64,000 bases of DNA from Marsupella aquatica (taxonomy: Eukaryota > Plantae > Marchantiophyta), in assembly GCA_973895155.1 (NCBI GenBank), contig OZ316899.1, positions 10,567,135-10,631,134 of the forward strand, in the 5' to 3' direction. A program made the position numbers and the translations under genes. The notes under the pieces are model-generated. The model saw only the letters and a program-made list of their open reading frames with translations. It was not told the origin of the DNA and ran no database searches. Below are positions 37,861-50,681 of the stretch, one piece after another. Numbering within the stretch: position 1 is the first letter of the stretch; every line of letters begins with the position of its first letter.

Positions 37861-40725
37861 TGTTGGTTGCTAAGTGGGCCTCCTCTGCATCCCTTAGCTC
37901 TCGCTTCCATTTCTCTCTTTCCTTGACTGCGCCGGCCAACTCTCCTTGGGTCCGAGTCAGTTTATCTTTGATAATCTGATTGTCAGACTGAGCGGTATCC
38001 AACTGCCCCTTCATGATGTTTAGCTCATGCCGCTTAATCCGCAGCTCATCTTGGGCTTTCTTGGCCACCTGCAGGACTTCCACCTTGGCTTCCTTCTCCC
38101 TAAGTCGTCGGATGACCTCGTCCTTCTTGCTTCTCTCCAAAGCCACCGCTTCTTCTAATCGGTGCTTTTCCAACATCTCCCTCTGGAAAAAGGGTCCCTG
38201 CTCCAACTCCTCCCCAAAGATGCTGAGCGCCAGGTCCCCACACATCTCCCCGTACTCCATGACTCTATCCTTAGCATAGGTGGAGTAACTAGAAGTCATC
38301 GGTATCAACCACCGCGGCCTCTGCTCCCAAGCGGCCCTGCGGATTTCTTCTATGGTGGCAAGAGGGTTGCTTCTTTTTTCGGCAAGCTGCCTGATGTCCT
38401 CCGACCAATCTCCTCCTGGTAAATCTTTCTCTCTAGCCAAGGCTGCTTTCTCTTCCTCCCTAAGTCGCTCCTGAAAATCTTGTGCCGTCTGCTTTATGCC
38501 GTCAAAGCTCGGGGGAGCAACCTCTGGTGGGGGAAACTCGGGGCTACTCTGCTGGGTGGGGTCCCCTCAAACTACTCTTGGAAGCGTGGGGATAAATCGG
38601 CCACAGGTCCTTACTCCTGGAACATGATGATCCGACCCATAGCCGGAGTTATCATTGTTGTAGTCCTCCACCGCCTCCTCCACTACTTGGACTCCCGGCT
38701 TCTCCCTTTGTTCCCCTGGTCCTGTCGTGAAAACGGCCTTACAGATCACGGGCTCTGGTTCCTCTGGTTTCCAGGCTGTTGTCTCCCTATGCTCTCCGCG
38801 GGAAGGAGCCTTAGGCTGCTCTGCCTCTGATTCGGGGCTTGAGGCTCCCACGTACATTCCCACTCCCGGCTTGTGTTCCGGCCTAAATCTCTCCTTGGTT
38901 CCGGTAAAGGGGTCTTCCCTTCTGAGTTGGCTTAGGCCGACCTCTGGGGCAGCGTCCTGTATTGGTGCCGTTGCCGTTGCCGGAACCAGTGCTGGTGCCG
39001 TTCTCTTTTCTTTCTCCAACAATTTCAGCAGATTTTTCATGCCTGGTTGCTGCATCGGCAAGTCTTCTTTCCTTGGCCGAAACACCTGCTCGATCGTCAG
39101 ACTGTCGGGCTGGTTGGGCTTCTCTGGTGCCGGCCCCTGCTCCGGAACCTCCTCCGGTGCCCTTGCCAATAGGGGAAGTACTGGGGCAAAGATTTGACTT
39201 TTGGCATACCGGCACAACAGCGGCATGTGATAGCCAAGCCGGGACACGCTTCCCACGCCGATCACCTGTTGTTCCTCCTTCAAGATTTTCTTCAGTTGGT
39301 TGAGGAGGTACCCGTTGTAATCCTGGCTTGGGTCTGGCCTTTCTGCCAGGTAGATCTGAGCCTTGCCAATCTCTGCCCTCGGCAAGTTACAATGCATGGT
39401 CACCCGCAAGAAATCGATCATCTCTCCGATGTGTGGGTTGGTGCAGGTGTTCCGGAAGAAGCCATTCTTCGTTGATGGTCCTGGGAATGACTGGAACTCC
39501 TTGTCAAGTAAGGTCTTCCTGGTATCAACCTTGGTCTTATTACCCATCGGCAAGCCAAACACCTCAGCAATCACTCGGGGAGTGAGATAGAAATCCTTCC
39601 CATACACCCTCGTGGAATTGGTCTCGGGTTCCCATGATCCCATGAATTCTAATAAGTCTGAGTCCGGCACCTCCGGCTTCATCCATGGTAATCTTACGAA
39701 GGCTTCCAAGCCGGATCCGGCCATGAAGCCCTGGTACTTCTTGGTCTGCATGGCCGTAAAGCATGCATCCTCCTCCCGTGCAAAGTGTAATTGCACTTCC
39801 TCCGGTAGGGTCACCGTCCAGTCTTTCTAGGTGTCATCATTTGTTGGAATGGCATTGATGGGATTGACCTCTTCCTCTTCGGCTTCTCCCTTTGTCCTGC
39901 TCTGCTGCTTTGCTGGCTTCCTAGGTGCCGCCGACCTCGTTCTTTTTTGTCGGGGTGGCCTCTTCGTTGTTGTTTCCTTTCCTCTTCATCTTGGCTGCCG
40001 TGGATGTTTCTCCTAGCAAGGTTGCCTTCGTCCACCCCTCCGTGTTACCCTTCAACTCCCAGTGTAGGTTGTTGCAGCGATTGATGGCTCCCCGGATGCC
40101 GATGATTCTGTCTTTGCAAAACAGAAGGTCATCGAGCTGATTAGCAGTAGGAGTCCACAAGAACTCGGCCTTGATGAGTTCTCCTCCTAAGAAGGCAAAC
40201 TTCTGTAGCTCCCACAGTCGAGCGAGCTCCTGCCATTCTCGAGCTGCTCTCTCCGATTCTTCGTCCTTGTAAGTCCTGACGTACTCACCTGCCCGTTTGA
40301 ACAGGCATCCCCAAAAATATGCCGCCTGATTGACGTTGCTCATACCCTCCTTGAGTCGATCGTTGGTATCTGTTCCCACCCCGAGTGCTTGCCTAAGCAG
40401 CTAACAGCATTTGGCCTCCCGTAGTCGTCTGCCCAGTTCGTTCTTGCAAATGAGCCACTATTCCTCGCGAGCGGTCCTTACCCCTCTCCTCCTCTGGTCT
40501 TCCCTCCCGTTGGTCACCCCTAGCCGCCGACGCTTAGCGCGCCCTAACCCTAATTGTGTTCTCTCCCCCAACGTCTTTACTTCCGGCCTCGGCCCGGGTT
40601 CCATAGTCACCCTTAATTGTTTATATTTTCCTTGTTTTTGTTCCTATACTAAGGTGTTTCCAGGGTACACTCCTGCTTTACCATGTAAACCGGCCTAGTG
40701 ATTCCTGGCTAGGCATCACACACGG

Positions 40726-42425
40726 TAACAATCAGCATCAACATCTTCTTCGGAACAAGTGGACAGGGCGTCTGCTTCATTGTCAGAAGGTGCAAATTCT
40801 CCTCGTGCTTTTTCACGCCATCCTAAGTCAATATGATTCACCTGGGCTCCTCCCGGCATAGTTCCTGCTGGTAATACCTTTGGTGTGGCTTTGACAGGTA
40901 CAGCAGCCATCCCGGCTAACCAAATAGGGCATTGGGTAAGTATATGCCCTTCTCCTTTGCAACCCATACAAATCTTGACTAGCTGACCATCCACCTGCTT
41001 CCTTGCATTGGTGCACTCCCGGGAGAAGTGACCTGGTTGACCGCAGTTGTAGCATGCTGCAAAACTCTGAACATTTGGTTATGGAGGTGTAGTTGGATTT
41101 TGAATGATGCGGGGATACATCTCCCCTGCATTGGTTCTCAACGCTCCCCACAAGGAAGTGGGTCGGTTAGCCAAATCTTGGGCTCCGGCCTCACTAATGC
41201 CGAACACACTATCCGCGGCATCTCCAAGTATGTACTCCACCTCAAACTCCCCTATTGTTCCATTGGTTATCAATCGAACATGCTTTGTACAGAAATCCTT
41301 ATGATGTCCGGTGGTATAACAGTGAGCGCACCATACTGAGGTGTCATCGGCTGCCTCCTTCTCCACCGGCTTTGCGTTGGCTAATAATGCCTTCAGCTGC
41401 TCTGTGATAGTTGTTAACTGATCCGGAGATGCTTTCTTGGGATCCAACTTGGTTTTCACCTTTTCTGCAACCCTCTCTTTCTTTGTGATTTTCTTTTTCT
41501 TGCTCCTGTCACCATCCTCCGAGCTGGAAGATGTTTCACTCTTACTGGTATCACTCTCAGAGCTACTACTCTCCTCCTTGGCTTTCTTGGATCACTTCTT
41601 CTTGGCCTTTTTCTTGCCGGATTCCTCCTCTAAAGATGAATCCTCAGACTTATAGTGCTTTTTCCGGCTTGTGACATCAGCATTGATGTATAACTGAATA
41701 TCACAAATCACCTCTGCTAAAGACTCCAGATTCCCCTTCCTAATTGCGAAACTCATCTTCTGAGGTAGAGCATTAACCAACCACTGCAACTGCATCTCGT
41801 CTGATGCATTGGTCTTGGTTCGTCGCACCAATTTGTGGAATCGCTGCAAGAATTTTTGGAAAGACTTGTTCTCCTTGAATTGAAGCCGTCCTAGCTTCAA
41901 CATTGCCAATTCAGACGTCCCAATGGGACGGAATTCCTTGACAAATAGCTGCTTGAAGGTGACCCATTCATTCTGCTCCCCTGGTTCCAAATTGGAATAC
42001 CATGGTCGAGCCTCACCCTTAAACAACCCAGGTAGGATCTGCATCTTAATAGCGGACTCTCCATTAGCAGTTGCAGTCCCATCAAACTCCTCTAGCCAGT
42101 CATCCGGATCCTCCTCATGTTTACCATGGAATGCTTTGTAAAGGATTCGTGATCTCTGACTGAGCCGTGGTGCTGCTCGCCCACCAAATTGTGGATCCGG
42201 CTCACCCATCTCTTGCACTGGTGAACTGGGTTGGGTACTGGGCGCATTACTACTCAACAGATCCCCTTCCACGGTTTCCAGTTCCACTCCAAAAGTACTT
42301 CGTGAACCGCCGTTGTCGATTGCAGTCTTCACCCTCTTTGACTCTTTCCACCTCGCAATTTGTTGCAACCGTGCTTCTTCCCTTAGTGTTGCTCGCTCTT
42401 CTCGTGGTGTGAATTCATTCATCAC
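40726..42425 (-). pseudogene. gag: gag of B with three CCHC knuckles
   Basis: FHGKHEEDPDDWL..F, GEARPWY...W..FK..F capsid motifs; CAHCYTTGHHKDFC, CYNCGQPGHFSREC, CMGCKGEGHILTQC; internal stops. Confidence 0.88.
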
Positions 42426-42463
42426 CTAACTCTGCGCAACAAACAATTCACAAGTAAGAATGC

Positions 42464-42481
42464 CCCCTCCATCTAGCGCCA
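42464..42481 (-). promoter_or_regulatory. Primer-binding site of B, complementary to tRNA-Asn(GTT)
   Basis: TGGCGCTAGATGGAGGGG 4 nt after the 5' LTR; one mismatch to the plant tRNA-Asn 3' end CCCCTCCTTCTAGCGCCA (recalled sequence). Confidence 0.75.
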
Positions 42482-42485
42482 AAAA

Positions 42486-44435
42486 TGTGGCACGTTTCCC
42501 AAGATCTCTAACCCCAAGAACTACCCTCAACCGATCATAAACCACTTGTTTATGTCCGTCCTCTTGCCTTATGGCAGCTATTCGGCTTGGAAACATGATA
42601 CTCTCCTTTGATCCACACTTACCGGACCGATTCTTTCACTGGGCTTGTGAATTGTGCACAACTGAGACACCTAATTCCTCTTTAACTTCTTCAGGTATAT
42701 TTGTATTCTGCCCCCGGAATGTACCTCTACGGCTTAATTTCTTAAGCCGGCTGAAGGTCTTTTTCAGACTGACTCAACCCACACTTCACCGACTAACACT
42801 CTCAATCCTCACTTTTCTCTCAGAGTTTGATTGGGCAGTTTCCAATCAAGACAATGCAATTGTATTTTGCTCAACAGTTCACCCTATCTGACTTAAATCG
42901 ATCAAGCAACAAATATCATAACACTCAATTTCTTGGATGGCAAGAATCTGCGAACTATGCAACGAGGCCAACTCAATTCAAACAATTGCTCAGAAATCCA
43001 AGGGAACTGGTGGTTTACTGATACCCTGCGGTCTAGATTTAGCCGAGAGCTTCCTGTGCTCACAACAATACAGATTAACACTAAAGCCTTGACTAAGAAA
43101 AAGCCCCCGAAGCCACGCTGCCCAGGTTTTTATCCTTGCAGCGCGTCTAGGGAAAAACAACGGAAATCCTAACCACCACACACGGCCTTCCACCGCGATA
43201 ATCCTACCAAAAAACTATCACCTAAAAACTTGAATAGCCCGGAACCCTGTGTGAACCAAGCATCTACTACTACCTAAGCCGACAGGGCGCTACTTGCCCT
43301 GTCCCATCCTTCAACGGCCGCGCCCTTCTGGCCCAAGCCTTTCTCCTGCCGCCACGTCCTCCTTCCAACCGATGACTGGCCCTCCTTAATTGTCAGATGG
43401 CCGGGGGTAAGTCCGAATCTTCCGACTCTGCACCTTCTCTTGCCATCGGCCCTGGCCAACAGATCCTCATCCGATATGTCTACCATTCTCCAGGACAACC
43501 TGACAAAGCCCTCCAACCCAATGTCATTCATATATCCTGCATATTTATTATCTTGAACGGCACTGAAGACCTCATTCTCATCTCTTGCGAACTGTAATTG
43601 TAAATCGACAGGTAACCTGTTCGCCCACCCTGTCATGTTTTTATCTTCTACAGTCCGATCTCTAATTGGCCAGGATTCCATCTTGATTGGTCTCTCCGAC
43701 CTAGTTTGCTTTGCTGGAGTTGTAGATGCCGAAACTCCCTTGCGCTTCATCTCCTCAGTGCCTGAATACTCCCCAAGAATAGCTGCCTTTGTCCACTTTG
43801 CAGTGTGACCCTTCAATTCCCAAAGTGGTTGCCCGACGTTCTTGATTGCCTCCCTGATCCCCACGACCTTATTCTCCCAAATTAGCAATCATCAAGCTCC
43901 GCACTGGTGGGTGTCCACGAGAACTTTTCCAACACCTCCTCCGTATCTACGAATGCCGATTTTTGAATTCCCCACAATCGCGCAAGCTCTGCTCGTTCTC
44001 TGGCTGCGCGCTCCGGCTCAACGTCTTCATACGTAGGTATCAGCTGCCTTGCTTCTTCAAGCAAACAGCCCCAAAACTTCCCTGCTTGATTCACCGTGTT
44101 CATTCCACCAAATGCCAAGAACTTGCGCAGTTTCCCAAACCACCTCCCCCGATCGATCGGCAGCTGATTCCACCTCCCTAGGTTGATCGAACAAGCAATT
44201 GCACTAGTGTATAGAGTGTCGGTCCCCTCCCTACGAAGCCGCCTCCTAATGGCTTACCTGATCAAGCTCTGATTAGGTCACAACCCTAATCCCACTTAAT
44301 CGCGACTGTTGGATCAGATCCCATCACAATTTCCCCTGAACATATTGCAATCGGCCTCGATCCTTATACCTAATCTTTATTTAGCCATTATTTTAGGCTT
44401 AACTAAGTACTTTGTGATCCTGGCACGACATCACA
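42486..44435 (-). repeat. 5' LTR of B (1950 bp; ~2.65 kb internal deletion at 43457 removes most of the LTR ORF)
   Basis: Junction joins sequence equivalent to 22940 with 25595 over a CC microhomology. Confidence 0.9.
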
Positions 44436-44440
44436 TTGCA

Positions 44441-46700
44441 CGCCTCCTCCCGCTCCTTCTGCGCTTCCTCCAACTCTCTCTGGGCTTCCTCAAGCTTCTT
44501 TTTTAAGGTAGCCCTCTCTTCCTGGGTTGCTCTTAGCTCCTTGTTGAGCTCTGTTACAACCTCAAACTCCATTTTATTCATCTTGGTATAAGTCTGGTCG
44601 AGCTGGTTGTCTTTCTCATGGAGGTCGGCCTTGAAGCTGGCCGTCATGGATGCAAGCTCCTGTCGTAGCACAATGATCGCCTAATAGGATTTTCCTAACT
44701 CGGCCTCCTTCTGCTCAAGGGCTCTACGGATATCCTCAAGCTCCCCCTTCAACGCCCTCTCCCTTCTTTGGGTCTCTGCCATGGCCCGGTTGTTGGCTGC
44801 TATGTGGGCCTCCTCTGCGTCTCTCAACTCTCGCTTCCACTTCTCCTTCTCCTTGATTGCATCGGCCAACTCTCCTTGGGTCCGAGTTAGTTTATCCTTG
44901 ATAATCTGATTATCAGACTGCGCAGTATCCAATTGCCCCTGCATGATGTTTAGCTCATGCCGCTTAATCCGTAGCTCATCTTGGGCTTTCTTGGCCGCCT
45001 TCAGGTCTTCTACCTTGGCTTCTCTTGCCCTAAGCCGACGGATGACCTCGTCCTTCTTGCTTCTTTCCAAAGCCACCGCTTCTTCCAATCGGCGTTTCTC
45101 CAACATCTCCCTCTAGAAAAAGGGTCCCTGCTCCAACTCCTCCCCAAAGATGCTGAGCGCAAGTTCCCCACACATCTCCCCGTACTCCATGGCTCTTTCT
45201 TTAGCATAGGCGGAGTGAGTAGAAGTCATCGGCATCACCCATTGCGGCCTTTGTTCCCAAGCCGCCTTGCGGATTTCTTCTATCGTGGCTGGAGGGCTGC
45301 TTTGTTTTTCTGCAAGCCGCTTGATGTGCTCTGGCCATTCTCCCCCTAGTAAATCTTTCTTTCCTTCTCCAGCAATTTCAGCAGATTCTGCATGCTTGGT
45401 TGCTGCATCGGCAAGTCCTCCTTCCTCGGCCTAAACACCTGCTCGATTGTAGGACTGTCGGGCTGGGTCGGTTTCTCTGTTGCCGGCCTCAGTTCCGGAA
45501 CCTCATCTGGTGCACTTGCGTGCAAGGGAAGTACCGGGGTGAATATCTGACTTCGGGCATACCGGCACAACAGTGGCATATGATAGCCAAGCCGGGACAT
45601 GCTTCCCTTGCCGATCACCTGCTGTTCCTCCTTCAAGATTTTCTTCAATTGGGTGAGGAGGTATCCGTTGTAGTCCCGGTTGGGGTCTGGCCTCTCCGCC
45701 AGGTAAACCTGTGCCTTGCCGATCTTTGGCCTCGGCAAGTTGCAGTGCATGGTTACCTGCAAGAAATTGATTATCTCTCCTATGTGCGGGTTGGTGCAGG
45801 TGGTCCGAAAAAAACCATTCTTCGTTGATGGCCTTGGGAACGATTGGAACTCCTTGTCTAGCAAGGTCTTCCGGGTATCTACTTTGGTCTTATTGCCCGT
45901 CGGCAAGCCAAACACTTCGGCAATCACTCGGGGAGTGAGATAGAATTCTTTCCCATACACCCTTGTGGAATTGGTCTCAGGCTCCCAAGATGCCACGAAT
46001 TCTAATAAGTCTGAATCCGGCACCTCTGGCTTCAGCCATGGTAACTTTACAAAGGCTTCCAAGCCGGATCCGGCCATGAAGCCCTGGTACTTCCGAGTCT
46101 GCATAGCCGTAAAGCATGCATCCTCTTCGCGTGCAAAGTGTAATTGCACTTCCTCAAGGAGGGTCACCGCCCAGCCTTTCGAGGTGTCATCCCTTGTTGG
46201 AACAACATTAGTGGGGTCGACCTCCTCTTCGTTGGCTTCTTCTTGCCTCTTGCTCCCTTGCTTGGCTGGCTTCCTTGGTGCCGCCGACCTCGTTCTCTTC
46301 GCAGGGGTGGTCTCTTCATTGATGTTCCCTTTCCTCTTCATAGTGGCTACCGTGGATGTTTCTCCTAGCACGGTTGCCTTTGTCCACCCCTCCGTGCTAC
46401 CCTTCAACTCCCAGTGTATGTCGTTGCAGTGGTTGATGGCCTCCTGGATGCCGACTATTCTGTTCTCACAAAACAGAAGATCGTCGAGTTTGTTGGCAGT
46501 AGGCGTCCACAAGAATTCAGCCGTAATGAGTTCTCCTCCTAAGAAGGCACACTTCTATAGCTCCCACAGTCGAGCGAGCTCCCACCGTTCCCGAGCGGCT
46601 CTCTCCGATTCTTCGTCCTCGTAGGTCCCAATGTACTCAGTTGCCTATTCTAACAGGCATCCCCAAAAATGAGCGCTTGATTGACGTTGCTTATACCCTT
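44441..46700 (-). pseudogene. N-terminal and central part of the LTR-encoded protein in A1
   Basis: ORFs 45346-46512, 44681-45106 and 44399-44671 match the A4 protein. Confidence 0.85.
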
Positions 46701-47075
46701 CTTGCGTTGATTGTCGGTATCTGCTTCCACCCCGAGTGCTTGCCTGAGCAGCGGACAGTAGTTGGCCTCCCGTAGTCGTCTACTTAGTTCGCGCTTGCAA
46801 ATGAGCCGACATTCCTTGCGATCAATCCTTACCCCTCCCTGGCTGGTCTTCCTTCCCATTAGTTACCTATAGCCGTCGGCACTTAGTGCGCCCTAACCCT
46901 AATCGTGTTCCCTCCCCCGACGGTTTTACTCCCGGTCTCGGCTCGGGTTCCATAGCCACCCTTAATTGTTTATATTTTCCATATTTTTGCTACTACACTA
47001 ATGTGTTTCCAGGGTTTACTCCTTATTTTATCATTTAAACTAGCCTAGTGATTCCTGGCTAGGCATCACAAGGTT

Positions 47076-49782
47076 CATTTAGGATATGCAACCTCCGAAC
47101 AAGGTGACCATCAGGAATGTGGGAGTTGGGCCACTTGTGGATGAGTTTGTGGAGGAGTTCGCTAGGAGGGCAATCTACTCCATGGGTGATTTGTTTTTGG
47201 GTTACGACCAGTTCCAGTTGGCGCAAGAGAGCCGAGACATTATGACTATGAGGACCCCGCTGGGCCTCTTGAGGATGTGCACTCTTCCTCAAGGGGCGAC
47301 AAACTCAGTAGCGCGCATGCAAAATGCGATGAGTAAAATCTTGGAGCCGTTCATTCCGGAAAAAGCGAGACCGTTCATTGATGATGTCCCGATAAAGGGG
47401 TGCTTGGCTGAAGGGAAGGATGAGACCTTGAGGAGTGATGGGATCCAACAATTTGTGTGGGATCACATTACTGATGTTGAGGCGGTTCTCGAGAAGCTGA
47501 TTGATGTGGGAGTCACTCTTTTGGGGGAGAAGTCTGAATTCGGGATGAAAGAGGTGAAAGTTGTTGGGCAAATGTGCGGATCTTATGGAAGGAAGCCAAA
47601 CATGGATAAGGTGAGAGCTATTAGCGAGATGAAGGATTGCGAATCGGTGCCGGAAGTTTGGAGGTTTCTGGGTGCTTGTGTCTTTTACAAGATCTGGATC
47701 CCTCACTTCTCGCACCTGGCGGACCCGCTCTAGGAGCTGTTGAGGAAAAAGGTTAAGTGGAGATGGCTACCCAAGCATAGTGAAGCAATGGCTAAGCTTA
47801 AGAGCGCTCTCATGAGCCCGCCAGTTCTCCGAGCTGCGGACTATGAGAGCGGGCGACCACTGATCATGACTGTTGATGCGAGTCCGTTCGCAACCGGGTG
47901 GGCTGTTGGGCAAGATGACGAGAATGGGGAAAGGTATGCAATCAGATTTGGGGCAAAAAAACTTACCAAAAGGCAAAGGAGATATGCCCAAGTTAAGAGG
48001 GAGCTTTGGGGTGCCAAAGTGGCACTCCATCAGGAGAGGAACTATTTGATTTGGGCGCCGGTGGTGGTTGAGATTGATTGCCAATCGCTGCTGGGGATGA
48101 TTGCAAATTGTGACACGCCTGACATAGCGATGCTCAGGTGGATCGCTTTCATTCAGATGTTCAACCCTGAGCTAAGTCACATTGCAGGAAAGGATAATCC
48201 GGTTGCCGACATACTGTCAAGGGCGAGATTCGGAAATGAGGTAGCAACAAGAGTTGGCGAGGTGACCGGAACCGAAAGTGTTGGAAGTCTAGAGTTCAAG
48301 GAAGAACTCTACTCGGGAGAGTTGCTGGATATCGGGCGTTACATTAGCACTTTGGAGAAGCAACCAGAGTGGAGTTACCAGGAGTTCATCAAGATCCGGA
48401 AGAGATCTTACAAGTTCCTATTGAGGGAGGGCTACTTGTGGCGAAGGCATAAGGACCCAAGTCAGTTGTTGTAGAGGGTTGTGGATACTAAGGATGAGAA
48501 AGATTGAATTCTCAAAGAGTGCCATGATGCTGACATGGCTGGGCACAAAGGGGTGCATTCAACTTACGAGAGGGTTTGGAAGCTGTACTGGTGGCCAGGT
48601 TTATACTTGGCCGTTCGAGACTATGTCAAGACTTGCGAGATTTGCCAGTTTTACTCGAGGATCCAACATAGGGATGGATTGGTTCCGAGTTACCCTGTGG
48701 CTCTACACTTTCAATGGGCTGTTGATGTGGTGTACATGCCGAGAGAGAGCAATGGGGCGAGATACTTGGTTTTGGCGAGAGAAGACTTGTCTTCTTATGT
48801 GGAAGGGAGAGCGTTGGTTTTGAACACTACTGCTGCCGTTTGCCAGTTCATACTTGAGGATATCATTGCAAGGCATGGGTGCTTTACAAGGATCAGAGCT
48901 GATAGGGGGGAGCTCAGCTCCAAGGAAGCGCAAGAGTTTTCTGACCAATATCGCATCAAACTGAAGCTGACTTTGAGTTACAATCCGTAAGGCAATGGGA
49001 AATCTGAAAGGGGGCACATCCAGATTGTGAGCGCTTTGGCTAAGGCTTGTGATGGGGACTTGGGCAGGTGGTCAAGTCTCCTTCCACTTGCTCTGTTAGT
49101 GGATTGGATGACTTGTAGCTCAGTGACCTAAGACGTTCCGGCTGAGCTACTTACTGGGCACTTGCCGATGATGCCACTCGAGGAAGATGTTTGCAGCTGG
49201 TGACTGATTGGATGGAAAGATGAAGTTTTGAGAGAGGAGTTGCTGGCTTGAAAGATCGAACACTTCAACTTGTTACCCACAAAGATTGAGGTGGCTCGGA
49301 AGCAATTGAAGATGGCGAGGTTAAGGAACAAGGGCAGGTTCGACAGGACTCATCAGTTGAGGCCTGTCTTGGTTAAGGAAGGGGATTGGGTTCTGGTTTA
49401 CAAAAGTAAGTTGGACGAGCAACACTTGAGCCGAAACAAGTTTGCTCGGAGGTGGCAAGGTCCGTATGTGGTGGTTGCTGTTCATGCAAATGCAACCTAC
49501 ACTATTCGGGAGTTGGATGGAACAGTTCACCAAGTACCTTACGCAGGGAAAAGGGTGAAGATTTTCAAGAGGAGGACCGAGAAGGGAATGGACTCAAGTT
49601 CCGACTTGAGTGAATTTGAAGATGAGGCACTGGTCCAGGCGCATCTGTTGGACTTGAGTTTCAAAAGTGGCTTGATTGGTTCTGATTCGGATGAGTTGGA
49701 CTTCGAGTTTCTGGAAAGTGGAGTGCCTAAGGCCGAGTCTGAAGGCTTTGGGTTTGAGTTTCTTGAGGAGGAAGTGGTCTAG
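47076..49782 (+). pseudogene. pol: RT-RNase H-integrase of element C
   Basis: LPQGATNS, FIDDVP, VDASP..GW, HHCC (CHD..AGHKG..CEIC), ADRGE, GPY; stops and frameshifts. Confidence 0.92.
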
Positions 49783-49869
49783 GCGCATGGTTCAAGTTTG
49801 GACTCAAACTTAGAGGAAATCTGATGGATTGGAGCAGACCGGAGGCTACTCAGGTTTACTGGGGGAGGA

Positions 49870-50681
49870 TGTCGTGCCAAAAGATTTTGGCTCAGGAATG
49901 GCTTTTATAGGAGATGATGGGCAAGGCCTCCCGGTTGGGTTGCGTGCATGCTGACTCGGAGGGGCTGCTTGGTTGGATGGATTGAGGTTTGGTGATTGGG
50001 TGACTCGTCGTCACCAGGTTTGGTGTTTGGATGAGTCACCAGGCTTGGAGTTTGGATGAGCCTCGCTGATGGCAGCTGGCTCAGGCTGGATGGTTGGGTT
50101 TTCGATACTACTTAAGACTTGAGCCTTGGCTCATTGAGGTTGGTGGTTGTCTATTGAGATCTGTTGAGTTGCGTTCTGTGAGTTCCGCTCCGTTCTGCGG
50201 AACTTGACTATTGTGCGGCGGTTTTGGAGTTCTGGGCAAGTGTTGGATCCAGGTGTGGAGTTTTTGATCCAGGCGGGGATTTCTCAAGTTTGGAGTCTCG
50301 TCAATCCAGGCAAGGATTTCTTGAGTTTGGAGCCTCGCTGGTCCAGGCCCGAGTTCCGTGTGAGCTGTTTTAGACTAGTGGAGTAGCTAGTCGAGTTTTG
50401 GTTTTGTGAGCTAAGGAGGATAGTTTTTCCATCAGATTTTGAGTAGTTAGTCACTCGAGGAGTTCTACTCGACAAGTTAGAGGTAGCGGCCCTCCATAGG
50501 GCCAGCTACTAGACTCTTGCGGGCAAGCTTACTCAAGGGCACCTATTGTAACCTTTGTGAGAAAAGTAAAAAAATATAAAGGAATGAGAGTTCGCTCCGA
50601 AAAGTGCTTGTCGCCTGTCCCAATTGCAGCCAGAAACGCTTAATTTGCCTGAGGAGCCCCTAACTTTAAGTCCTCGCGACA
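49870..50681 (+). repeat. 3' LTR of C (812 bp)
   Basis: PPT GGGGGAGGA at 49861-49869, then TGTCG...CGACA inverted termini. Confidence 0.8.

Larger units (their letters stand above)
32220..40379 (-). pseudogene. LTR-encoded protein of A2, disrupted by stops, frameshifts and A3
   Basis: ORF pieces 39921-40379, 38567-39814, 37856-38440 and 32220-32897 match the A4 protein. Confidence 0.85.
31296..40720 (-). mobile_element. Solo LTR A2 (4758 bp of own sequence), inserted in gag-pol of B
   Basis: TGTGGTGC...GCATCACA; TSD CACGG at 31291-31295 and 40721-40725. Confidence 0.94.
5389..44435 (-). mobile_element. Ty3/gypsy (non-chromovirus, Athila/Phygy-like) retrotransposon B with ~4.6 kb ORF-bearing LTRs
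   Basis: Outer termini TGTGGCAC (5389) and CATCACA (44435); TSD TTGCG/TTGCA; PBS, gag, PR-RT-RH-INT and PPT on the minus strand; no extra RNase H seen. Confidence 0.9.
3851..47070 (-). mobile_element. Solo LTR A1 (own sequence 3851-5388 plus 44441-47070), interrupted by element B
   Basis: Termini TGTGGTGC...GCATCACA; TSD AGGTT at 3846-3850 and 47071-47075; collinear with A2-A4; ~0.5 kb internal deletion near 45355. Confidence 0.92.
1007..50681 (+). mobile_element. Ty3/gypsy LTR retrotransposon C (degenerate; split by A1 at 3851-47070; 5' LTR not in window)
   Basis: Order gag-PR-RT-RH-INT; RT continues across the insertion (KKNGSLRF | I*DMQPPNKVTIRN) with TSD AGGTT; PPT then a TG..CA LTR at 49870-50681. 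Confidence 0.9.

Noticed and set aside
42464-42481. tRNA gene
   Set aside because: Only the 18-nt 3' end is present; it is a PBS.
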